From positions 270,797,373-270,861,372 of the forward strand of contig NC_058132.1 in assembly GCF_016433145.1 (NCBI RefSeq): DNA of 64,000 nt, read 5' to 3'. Positions 37,986 to 48,641 of this stretch are shown piece after piece. The position numbers and the translations under genes are program-made. Every line of letters starts with the position of its first letter. Position 1 is the stretch's first letter. The stretch comes from Gracilinanus agilis (lineage: Eukaryota). The notes beneath the pieces are model-generated. The model was given only the letters and a program-made list of their open reading frames with translations, did no database searches and was not told the DNA's origin.

Positions 37986-40764
37986 ATTTTAAAAAACCAT
38001 GAAAGCATAAAAATCCATAACTAGTATATCTCTTTCTGTAACATTCAGAACTATTTAATTACATCAGAAAGAATTTGAAATTCACAAAATTATAATTTGC
38101 CTCCTAAATAACTTGAGTATTTTTTATAACCCAACTTCCACCAAATTTGTATAAGAACAATGAGTCAAGTCATTTGGTGAATGGTACCTTCCATTGATCC
38201 ATAGGCTAAGCTCAGTAATTTAGGGCTGGTCAAAAGATGAGTGATTTTATCATTCTGAGTACTTTATCCACTGACAAAAATCCTAGCGAACTCTACCTTA
38301 GGTCTGATTTGATCAGACATTTGGTAAATAGCCACTCTCTCAATTTAGCTAGGATCATCATTGGGCAAACAGACATATAGTCTGTCAATGGTCTCTTACT
38401 TAAAACTTGATTATCTAATTCACTGCAAAAATTATGCTTTGCTGGCATGACCTTTGAAAATTTAGAATCACCTTTGAAGAGGTATTGGAGTAGGAATTTA
38501 GTGAAGGAAAGGAAACTATTTAAAGTAACCAAAAAAAACCCTAGCAAAACCAAAGAGAAGATCATATGAGAAATCATGTACTATATATTTTTCAGGGCCT
38601 TTTATCAGATTGGATTTAAAGTGATTTAAAATCAAGCATCTTCATATTTTTCACCTGACAAACTCCAAGAGAAGAGGGTGAGAAGTATGCCCTCAGTTGA
38701 CATTAAAGAAGCTCTTGTAGTCTTCAAATAAGTCTTTTCTAGGCTTTCAGCCATATTGTACAAATCAAATCTAAAATTTGCTGGGTCATTAAAAATTAAG
38801 ATGATCCTTTAGCTATACATCCCACTGAAAAAATACCCCTTATTTTGTCTAAGTATATTTTAGAAACTCAAGAGTTCTAGAAACAAATATCAGAGCAGAG
38901 ATAACTTGGTTCCTTATGAATTTAGAGTGTGAGGAGTTGTTATATACTATTTACCTGACCAAGTCCAAGGATATACAAGGCTTTATTAAAGTAACTAGCC
39001 ATGCTTCAGAAGATAAAATAACTGCTATAAAATATCCCAGTGGACAAGATTTAGGAGCCTAGAAGAAATCTAGGGAAGGGGAATATGAAAAGAGAATGGA
39101 AAGGTTTGCTTTGTACATAAAAGTGTCTGGGAAGAAGGATGATAGAGTTATTTATGGAAACAAAATAGAGATTTAATAAAATTCCTGAGAACCTTAAGTA
39201 TGTATAAATTCATTGCATTCTTCAGAAACCTTCCAAATAAGCTAAATCAGATGCTTTTAAGTATCTTACCTTGAATATTACCTTAGTTGTTTTTTCTGAC
39301 CTTTGGAAATTGACCACCATCTTTTATTTTTTAAATTATTTTTTTCAATGCAATAATTCTTCAACATGAATGACCAGACTAGATAGTGCCTTTGTTTCAT
39401 GCTATGTTGGAATTTTTAAAATATTATATTTGTTTTATTAAAGTATAAACTTGATAGAGAACTGTCCTTGGGACCAAGAAACCCTGTGTTCAAATTCTAC
39501 CTCTGACATATCCTGTGTGTATGTCTCTGGGTAAGTCATTAATATGTTGGTCTTCTAGCCAGCTCTTTAAAAATCACAGAGAAGTTATCAGTATACACTG
39601 ATAGAAGGGGTTTTCTAATTAGGAGTTCCCCTTCCTATTTTGTGGGAAATTAAATGTGATTAAATTTTTCTCCTTATCGCACACATGAATCTTGGTCACT
39701 TCTCCCCCTAGTCCCAACAACACTCATATACTTGGAGAGAAAAGCTAAACCTATTTTGAGCAGATTTTATGTAGCCATACAAATTTGTGAGATTAAAAGT
39801 CTTTAGCAATAATGAGTATTTAAAACTTTTCTATTGAAAAGGAAGGTTTTATTATAGAACTCTCTCATTTGGTAAGGAAGAAGTCACATGGGCTATCTTG
39901 GCTCTTCCCTTTGAAATTGAATCTGATTTAATAAGGATTCAAAGGGGAAATTTACTTTTTAAATAAGGTTAAAAGACAAATTACTGTCACTGACATATGG
40001 ACAAAGATTTTGCTCTTTGAAAGAGGGGAAAGGGAATGAGCTTTTTATGTTCCTGAAGACCCTTGATTTGCCTCTATAGAAAGCAATAAAGCTTCATCAA
40101 TAACTGTAATTCCTTGAGGAAATACAGTAGTCTTTCATTTTAAGCTGCTGTATTTGTAGGTGTATCTGAGAAAAGAAGGCAATTACAGCTCTATGTATGT
40201 TTATCATCTCATTAGCATTAGAAGAGAAAAAAAAACCAAGTAGCAAAAAAAAATAGATGTAGTTGTGATTTTCTAAATTTTAAGAGAGCCTGTAAGTCAA
40301 GATTTGACTTGGTGGCACCCAAAGGCATCAACTTGCTCATTTTCTGAAGTCAATAATTGTTGTTTCCTTATTTGTTGAAGCAAACAGAGCCATTGCTATT
40401 TATCTGCTAGCTCATTTGTTTTCAAGTTTGTTTAATTATGGAAAAGATTCTAAAGAAAGAAGATGACAGAATGTTGAACCATAAGTCAGAAAGTCATGTT
40501 CTACCTGGCTGTATACTGGTAAAGACAGTCGCCCTCTGAAATCATCACTGAGTGGCAGATATTATGATCTCCATTTCCCCAAAGAAGAATCATATGCAGG
40601 GAAACACTAAATGATTTGCTAAGGTCATTCATGGTCATAGAATCTGGCATGGAGACAGGAAATGATAGTGATTGGGCTGACTTCAATTATTGGGGAATCT
40701 GCTGAAGCTTTTTCTCTGTCGGATGTAGAACTGCTGATAAATTCTTCCCTTAATGATAATGTAG

Positions 40765-41090
40765 CTTTTCAAAAGGTGGGAAAAGTAATGAAGGGAACTT
40801 GATTCAGATCAAAAGGGAGGGACAGGTTATTGAGAAGTAATGATGGGAATTTTAAGAAGAGGTGAATACTCAATCTTAGAATTTGCTTTAGAGAAGGAAA
40901 AGAATAATTTTAATACGTACTTTATATTTATGGAGAGCAGATGTTAAAGGATTCAGATAAAAGATGAATAGAATGGCATCCCATAATATGTTAAAGGGGA
41001 ACTTGGCCCAATAGGGATAAGAATCTTTCAAGCATATGATTTGTAAGACACAAAGAATGATCCTGTTAAGGAAACCCTACAGAGACCACT
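40765..41090 (+). mobile_element. CR1/L3 (L3_Mars-like) ORF2 fragment around the endonuclease SDH motif
   Basis: ttttcaaaaggtggg...atgatgggaa...gtgaatactcaatcttagaatttg...agagcagatgttaaaggattcaga follows the marsupial L3 pattern (G.SDHS.LEF...ADFKG.RE). Confidence 0.6.
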
Positions 41091-41249
41091 GTGTATATCG
41101 TGTATAACTTTATAGTCTCCTCTGCTCAGATTTCAGAAAGACAAAGACAAAGGATACAGGTTCAGGAGATTAAGGACTGGCATAAAGAATTAGGTCCAGC
41201 CCTATAAGAATAATGTTAGGAATCTTAAAGTTGAGAAGTGAATAGTAGT

Positions 41250-41515
41250 AGTAATAATAGCTATCATTCATATAGTACTTTAAAAAGGTTTGCAAAACCC
41301 TTTTCATGTATTATCTCATTTAATCCTTACCACTCTGAGTGATGGATGCTATTATTATTATTATTATTACTATTTCATAGATATGGAAAACTGAGGCTGA
41401 GAGGTTAAGTGATTTGCCTAAAATCACACAGCTAATAAATATCCAATGGATGATTTGAACTCAGGACTTTGTGATTCCAAGTCTAGCATTCTACTAACTA
41501 AAAACCAGCTGCCTC
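41250..41515 (-). mobile_element. MIR SINE with internal (ATT)n
   Basis: atagtactttaaaaaggtttgcaaaacc...tattatctcatttaatcctt...ggaaaactgaggctgagaggttaagtgatttgcc...gatttgaactcagg. Confidence 0.75.
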
Positions 41516-41634
41516 AAAATTGGCAATGGATGTTGACAATACAAAGGGATTTTAAAAGCTTCCTTAGCTATAAGAAGTGATAGATTTTGCTTCATTTTGA
41601 TCTGGGTAGAATTGGTTCTTCATGTATTAAGAGC

Positions 41635-41688
41635 CCTCTAGGTGGCTACTCAGAGCACTTTATGTGGACAAGCCACCAGGTGGCACTC
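41635..41688 (+). promoter_or_regulatory. Two tandem CTCF-like motifs
   Basis: CCACCAGGTGGCAC at 41673-41686 fits the CTCF core CCASYAGRKGGCRS exactly. CCTCTAGGTGGC at 41635-41646 is a weaker match in the same orientation, 38 bp upstream. Motif match only. Confidence 0.5.
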
Positions 41689-41775
41689 TAGACTCAATTC
41701 CTCCCCACCTCCTCCCCTTTCACCTTCTTCACTGGACCTGTGCAAACAAAAGTCCTTCTGGTGGGTTTCTATAGT

Positions 41776-41883
41776 TGATCAAGTCAGGAGGGCTCGAAAC
41801 TTGATCAGTGTCTCCTCACATCGAGCCCTTGTGTGAAATCCCAATTTGCCAGCCTTGGCTTTCCCCCCTTCCTTTCCAAGGCT
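41776..41883 (+). other. Predicted structured element: H-type pseudoknot plus downstream hairpin
   Basis: S1 TGATCAAGT(41776-84)/ACTTGATCA(41799-807). S2 AGGGCTCGA(41789-97)/TCGAGCCCT(41821-29). Hairpin AGCCTTGG(41851-58)/CCAAGGCT(41876-83). Transcription is not demonstrated. Confidence 0.4.
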
Positions 41884-42224
41884 TTCTAGGCACATGCACA
41901 GATATGAGAATTCCTAAATCTCTCGCAATGTGGCCCCCATCCTATGAAACTGCCATCATTTTATCAATTCCATGTGACAAAAAAGATTTACTTGTTCACG
42001 CGTTAATTAAATGGACTCTTTATTAGAGTGAAAATAAAACGATAACCACTAGCTTTAAAACTCCTCTGGGACTCCCCCTTAGGTCTGAGATCTCATCCCC
42101 CCCCCCCCAATCTGGCCTTCTTTTCTTGGTTTTCTCCATCTATTCAAGTTCTCAAAAGTCTCTTGTCAGGGAATTGTTAGCCAAGTATTTTGGGCTAAAA
42201 GGTAAATGGAGTGAAATGGCCTCN

Positions 42225-42285
<61 letters not shown>

Positions 42286-42295
42286 GAGAGAGAGA
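42225..42295. repeat. (AG)n microsatellite
   Basis: Directly visible, preceded by a single N at 42224. Confidence 0.99.
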
Positions 42296-42479
42296 AACAC
42301 AGAGAGAGCACATTGGGTAATGGTTTTTTTCTTTTTTTGGTCCTGGTAATCCATAAAACAAAGACAAATACAAAATACCCTTCAGTACTGTTCATGCCCC
42401 TCCTACTAATATAGTGACAGTGATGGTAAAGCGAACAGAGGGTGTCAACAATCACATAGTTTATAGAAATTCTGTAAAT

Positions 42480-43200
42480 ATTATTTTGACTAATGTTAGT
42501 TCCTTAAATGTGAACTATTTGTTCAATGACTGGTGGTTTGATATACTATTTGAAGACCTGCACTGCATTAATATTGATATTCTTAGCATAAATGAAACAA
42601 CAAGAAAACATAAGGCAGTGTAAAGCTGGCTTATGTATTTTACTTGAAGATAATAAAAAAGTTGGGAAAGTTTATTTTATGGTGCCCTCGAAGGAAATAA
42701 ACATCATTTCAAGAGACAGTCAGCTATCTTACCTTACAATGTTCATTTTACGAACACAAGAACAGTGTGGCAGATAGTTACAGTTTATTTTCCAACATCT
42801 GTTGAAAATGATGAAGAAATAGATAAATTTTGTGAACAACTTGATACAAATTTGCAAACTAAGTGAACATATGCCTTGACACTCAATGACTTTAATGCAA
42901 AGTTAAGCAATGGAGAGAATCACAATAGTATATACAAGCAAATATGGTTCAGGGATGAGAAACAAAAGAGGGTAAACTTTTTTAAGCTATTCAGAAGAAT
43001 TATGATTTTATATATTTAACATTTTCTTTTTCCTTTAAGAAGAACTTTGGAAGACTCAATACATAGTAAGTACATAAGAACAAAGCAATATTCTGAGAAA
43101 AAATGGAGGTTTTTATTAATAGAAAATACTGGTCTCTTTTCAGCCAAATCACAGACTTCGTTGAAAGCATAGCTCAAGTACATATGTGTACACAAAGTGC
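42480..43200 (+). mobile_element. Ancient RTE-clade LINE, APE endonuclease domain (RTE0_Mars-like), decayed
   Basis: Motifs in order: INIDILSINETTRK; IVTVYFPTSVENDEEIDKFCEQLD (from 42774); LNDFNAKL (~42885); KYGSGMRNKRG; and an NHRL motif near 43147. These match APE motifs DILGISETRW, VYAPT..E.E.FY..L, GDFNAKVG, YG.G.RNERG and SDH. Confidence 0.8.
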
Positions 43201-43292
43201 TGTCTTTTGAAGAAATGTTTTTATTTGTATTCATCACTATAAATTTTCCCAGAATTTATTCCCTCCCATTCCCAAAGAACTATCCCATAGAT

Positions 43293-43499
43293 CAGGGGTC
43301 GGCAACCTTTTTGGCTATGAGAGCCATAAACGCCACATTTTTTAAATGTAATTTCGTGAGAGCCGTACAGTGCTCACAGTGCCGCTGCTGTAACAGCGCC
43401 TGAAAAAAAAGATTGACTTTATGGCTCCTGCAGAAAGAGCCATATCTGGCCCTCAAAAGAGCCAGATATGGCTCGAGAGCCATACGTTGCCGACCCCTG
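43293..43499. mobile_element. 207-bp non-autonomous hAT (Charlie-like) MITE
   Basis: Perfect 14-bp TIRs CAGGGGTCGGCAAC / GTTGCCGACCCCTG, repeated AGAGCC subterminal motifs and 9 CpGs. The flanking 8-mers CCATAGAT / CCATATAG match only partly. Confidence 0.92.
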
Positions 43500-43689
43500 C
43501 CATATAGTAAATATATTTAAAAACAAGTAAAGAGGAAAAAAGTGAGCATAATTGAATGATACAATGAAAAATATGTGCTATGTATTCACATTTATGGAAT
43601 AAAGTCCAGTTATGATCTTTCCAGTTACTAGTAAGTAGTCTTTCTCTCTTGAAATTTCCTTGAATGACTTCATAGATATTTTGTATATA

Positions 43690-43815
43690 CTTATATACAT
43701 ATTGTACCCTTTTACACCCCAGTAGAATGTTAGCTCCATGAGGCTAGGGATTGTTTTTGGCAATGTACTCCTACCATCTAACACAACCTCAAATGTAGTA
43801 GATACTTGAAAACAT
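43690..43815 (+). mobile_element. L2 3' end
   Basis: tagaatgttagctccatgaggctaggga...tagtagatacttgaaaacatttgttgaa. Confidence 0.55.
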
Positions 43816-44586
43816 TTGTTGAATTAGATTGGATTAGACAAAATTAATATTTCCAAGATTGATTTGAATTGCTTAGGTAGATTTGGAATTGGTTTAATGC
43901 CAAAAATTTTTAAAAAGAGTTAATGCTATAGGCTGGTGACAACTAGGAGAGAACTCTCTAGTGGATTGCCACCAGAATTTTTACTTCCCTTTGTGATTTT
44001 ATAACCTGCCTTCCCTACCCCTAAACCTGCAAAGAGTTGAGGCAAAATATAGTTGACATTTTCAGGTTCTTACCCTTCACTCTGAAATATAGCCTTCAAC
44101 TCATCACTTTATCTCTACCCATATATACAATCAGTTGCTAAATCTTATGCTATCTCCACAGCAGTTCTCACACCTATCCTCATCTTTCTACTCACAGGGA
44201 CCCCACCATGATTCAGGCCCTCAAAATCCCACCCCTGCACTAGAACAATAACCTCTCAATTGATATGCCTTATAGAACCAGATGTGATTTTCTTGACTAT
44301 GTTACTCTTCTATTCAAAATCTCCCGTGGCTAAATCCCTGGGATCAAATGCAAACTTTTTTGTTTAGCATTTAAAGTACTTACACAACTTGGCATCTTTA
44401 AGTATCTTTAGTTTGTATTGCTTGGAATAATCTTATTCTATATTTTCTTCTTGTATTTCCTTTTTAAAAATATTTTTAATTAACAAAAATAATTTCACAA
44501 ATCCCCTTTCCATAATTTGAAAAAAATCCTCATATAATGTGTATAGACAAGCAAAACTAATTCCCACACTGGACATTTCATATATC

Positions 44587-44630
<44 letters not shown>
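44587..44630. repeat. (TCTA)n microsatellite, 11 units
   Basis: Directly visible. Confidence 0.99.
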
Positions 44631-44634
44631 AGTT

Positions 44635-45215
44635 TTTTCTTTTTTATTGAATATTTTTATTTTTAACATTTTTCCCATGGTTATGGGATTCTTGTTGTCC
44701 CCTTCTCTCTTCCCTCCCTCCTCTTGGAGTTGACAAGAAATTTCATGGGTTATACATATATTATCACTCAAATCCTATTTCCATATTATTCATTTTTATA
44801 ATAGACTAATCTTTTAAAACCAAAACCCCTCATCATTTACGCAAATAAACATGTGATAAATCACATGCTTTCTTCTGGATTTCTGCTCCCACAGTTCTTC
44901 CTCTGGATGTGGATAGCATTCTTTCTCATAAGACCCTCAGAATTGTACTGTATCATTGCATTGCTTTTAGTTGCAAAATCAATTATATTCAATCATTCCA
45001 CAATGTTATAGTCACTGAGTATAATGTTCTCCTGGTTCTGCTTTTTTCACTGTACATCAAACCATGCAGGTCTTTCCAGTTCTTATAGAAATCCATCATT
45101 TCATCATTCCTTACAGCACAATAGTATTGCATCACATACCACAATTTGTTCAGTCTTTTCCCATTGAGGGACACCCCCTCATTTTCCAAGTTTTTGTCAC
45201 CACAAAATATCTTTG
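44635..45215 (-). mobile_element. L1 (L1_Mdo-like) 3' end, 5'-truncated
   Basis: The ORF track 44989-45321(-) contains KLWYVMQYYCAVRNDEMMDFYKNWKDLHGLMYSEKSRTRRTLY, the marsupial L1 ORF2 C-terminus. A T-rich tail lies at ~44635. Confidence 0.85.
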
Positions 45216-45299
45216 TAAATCTTGAGTTCATCCCTTCTTTGAAGTAGATATAATACCTCACCATCAGCCCTCTGAAATCATGGTTGATCAATGTATTGA

Positions 45300-46620
45300 T
45301 CAGAGTTTTTAAGTCTTTCAAACTTGTTTGTTTTCACAATGTCATTGTTATTGTATAAATTATTCTCCTGGTTCTGATAACTTCACTCTGCGTCAGTTCT
45401 CTGAAGCCATATCCAATGCCATTTCTTAGGGTGTAATTATACAACATCATATTCGTTCATTATAATTCATTCCTTATTATTAAAGAAAGAGATCCTATAA
45501 ATATTTGAATACTTTCCTTCTTTGGTTTCTTTAGGTCACAGGCTTAGTAGTGATATCTCTATACACAGTATAGAGACTTCGGGGGCATGGCTTTAAATTC
45601 TTTTCTGGAGTGATTGTACCAGTTTATAGTTCTACCATGAAGGTATTAATGTGTCTTTTTCCCTTTATCCTCTCTAGTATTTGCGATTTTCTTTTTTGTC
45701 AATCCTGCAAGTATAATTGATATGAGTTGTAAACACAAAATTGTTTATTTGTAATTTTCTAAGAATGATTTAGACATTTTCTCTAATATGACTACAGATA
45801 GATTGTATTTTTTTCTCTGATAATCTTTTGGTCATTTATCAGTTTGAAACAACTTTTTTCTAATTGATTAAAAAATTCCCTTTTATTCCTTGAAATTAGA
45901 TCCTTATTAATAAAACTTGCTATAGAGAAAGAGTGTGTGCATGTGTGTGTTTAATTACTTATTTCCCTCCTAATTGTAGCTTCGATGTTTTTTCTTTGGT
46001 GCAAACATTTAAAAAATTATATGTAACCAAATTATTCATTTCATTTTCCCATTGATAGGGAGTGAAGGGAATAAGCATTTGTAATAATTACTGGGTGCCA
46101 AAAATTGTGCTAAGGTGAGGTAGGTGCTACTACCATTCCCATTTTACAGGCAAGGAAACTGAAACAAACAGAATTAAGTGATTTGCCCAGAGTCACATAA
46201 CTATTATATGACTAAGACCATATATGAACACGTCTTCCTGACTCCAGGCTTAGCAGTTTCTCCGTTGCAGCTGCCTCAGACCTGACAGGTAATTTCTTCA
46301 TTGATTTTCTGATTTTTAAAATGATTTCTTCCTTAATGTCTAAGTCATGTATGCATTTGAAATTTATCTTGTTATATAGATGTTGATCTAATACTTCGTT
46401 TCTTCTAGACTACTTTTCAGTTTTCCCAGCAATTTCTTTCTGGTAGTGAGTTCTTGTCCCTATAATTTGGATCTTTGGGTTTATCAAACACCAGGCAACT
46501 AGATTTCTTTGCTTCTATGTGCAGTGTACCTAATCTATTCCGTTGACTGACCTCTCTGTTTCTTAACTCTTAACAAACTGTTGTGATGATTGCTACTTTG
46601 TCATGTGATTTGATAACTAA
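45300..46620 (-). mobile_element. Older L1 ORF2 3' fragment, interrupted by a MIR/Mar1 SINE (~46075-46275)
   Basis: L1 antisense hallmarks (tgtaccagtttatagttctacca..., cagttttcccagcaattt..., ggatctttgggtttatcaaacac) occur on both sides of the SINE. Confidence 0.65.
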
Positions 46621-47920
46621 TCTTATCTTGGCCACCCTCTTTCCTATTTAAAAATTATTTCTTTTTAAAAATAACTTTGTTATTTCCATATTATATTTTA
46701 CATAAGTATTCCTTACCCTCTCCTTTCACAGATACCTACTTGATATGACAATTCATATTTTTAAAGAAAAGAAGAAAAATGGGGAATCAGCAAAACTGAT
46801 CAATATATGAAAATTTTGAAATATAATCAATGTTCTATAACTATCCATGCACTTTGCAACTCTTCTCATATCTGCTCTTTGGGGCTATAGTTCTTTGTAA
46901 TTGCACAACATTCACTTGAGATTGTTTTGTGGTGGTTCTTTATATATATTTTTTGTGGTCTTTGTGTAATTGTATTCATTGCTCTGCTTACTTTTTACTC
47001 TGTATCAGTTAATTTAAATCTTTCCATTCTTCTCTGTATTTATCATATTTGTTATTTTACAAAGAATATTACTGCATATTTCATTGCATTCATGTATTAC
47101 AAATTTTTTAACCTTGTCCAATTATGTGCATTTAATTTATTTCCAGTTCTTTGGTACTACAAAAAGTGCTGCTATAAAGATTTGATCCATGTAGGGCCTT
47201 TAAAAAAAATCAATGACCTCTTTGAGATATTAGCTTAGAAGTGCAATTTCTGTGTCAAAGGGTATGGGCTGTTTAGTCAATTTATCTGTGAAATACTAAA
47301 TTGCTGGCTAAAATGGTTATATTGATTCATAGCTCCATAACAATGCACTAGGGTGCCTTCCTTTCTCCAATTCCCTCAACATTGCTTATTCATATCTTTT
47401 CTCCTGTTTGCCATTTTGCTGCCTGGGAAGTGAATACTTAGGGTTATTTTAACTGACATTTCTCTAATTGTTAGTGATTTGGAAATTTCTTTCATATGGT
47501 TGTTAATATCTTTTGAACATATATAAAACATACATCCATACATCATAAATGTGTATGTAATATGTATATAAAACCATTCAAATACATATGTGTACAAATA
47601 AATATAGGTGACTAAGGATTTTGATGCTGTCAGTCATGAGGGCTTGTGGAAGATCATGGCAAAATTTGGTTGCTTGGAGAAGTTCATCATTATTCTATGT
47701 GAGCTTCATGATGGCATGCTTGCACAAATTCTGGATAATGGACAATACTCTTGAATTTTTCTAGTTGCCAATGGAGTGAAGTAGGGCTAAGAACTTGCTC
47801 GCATGCTTTTTAGCATGAAATTTTCAGTGATGTTGTCCATTGCTTTCAATGACAATGAAAACAGCATCATGTACAACTACTGTACCAATAGCAAATTATA
47901 TAACTCGAAAAGGCTACAAG

Positions 47921-48121
47921 TAGTGGGCAACTAGATGGTTCAGTGGATGGAGATCCAGGCTTAGAGACAAGATATCCTGGGTTCAAATTTGGTCTCAGAT
48001 ATTTCCTAGCTGTGTGATGATCATGGGCAAGTAACTTAACTCCCATTGTCTCACCCTCACTGCTATTCTTCCTTGGAACAAATACACAGTGTTGATTCTA
48101 AGACAGAAGGTAAGGGTTAAA
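47921..48121 (+). mobile_element. SINE1_Mdo-type SINE nested in the RTE
   Basis: Flanked by AAAAGGCTACAA (47908-47919) / AAAAGGCTAACAA (48122-48134). The RTE resumes at ccaaaactaaag. Confidence 0.88.
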
Positions 48122-48438
48122 AAAAGGCTAACAACCAAAACTAAAGGGGAGGGATAATTAGTGCATGATTGTTTCTAGGTGATTATGCATTCAATTCAGC
48201 TTCTGAGATTGCAATATGACAGAGCATGGATCAATTCTTTGATGCTTGCTTTGCTTGACAATTAACTTGAAGAAAACAGAGTTTTCCATCAACTAGCACT
48301 GCACCATCCACATGTGCAAACACTGGTTACAGCAGATGTAGAAATTTTGAATGCTATGGATAAGTTTATTTACTTGGGTAGTATACTTTCCAGGGATATC
48401 CACATAAATGATATGATTGATGCAAGAATTTCCAGAGC

Positions 48439-48641
48439 AGAGCACTTACATGGCTCAGTGGATAGAGAATCAGACATGAAGATGGGAGGTCCTGGGTTCA
48501 AATATGATTTCAGACAATTCACAGCTGTGGGATCCTGGGAAAATCACTTATTCCCCATTGCCTAGCCCTTACTGTTCTTCTGCCTTGGAACCAATACTTA
48601 GTATTGATTCTGAGACAGAAGGTAAGAATTAAAAAAAAGAG
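48439..48641 (+). mobile_element. SINE1_Mdo-type SINE nested in the RTE
   Basis: TSD AGAATTTCCAGAGC (48425-48438) / AGAATTGTCAGAGC (48642-48655), 12/14. Confidence 0.88.

Noticed and set aside
36135-38770. Phase-compatible chain of minus-strand exons 38655-38770 + 36135-36220 (+16269-16289)
   Set aside because: The joined peptide (MAESLEKTYLKTTRASLMSTEGILLTLFSWSLSVPRLIF...) is unrecognisable, the 38.7-kb splice sites are weak, and phase agreement has a 1-in-3 chance.
41763-41778. Functional -1 ribosomal frameshift site
   Set aside because: The 0 frame has no upstream ATG after the stop at 41689 and ends at TGA 41776. The -1 frame hits TAG at 41772. The downstream 72-aa ORF resembles no pol/pro protein I recognise.
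41776-41830. HDV-like ribozyme at the 5' end of the neighbouring RTE
   Set aside because: Only 1 nt separates the S2 5' arm from the S1 3' arm, so the P3/L3 and P1.1 elements of the HDV fold are absent.
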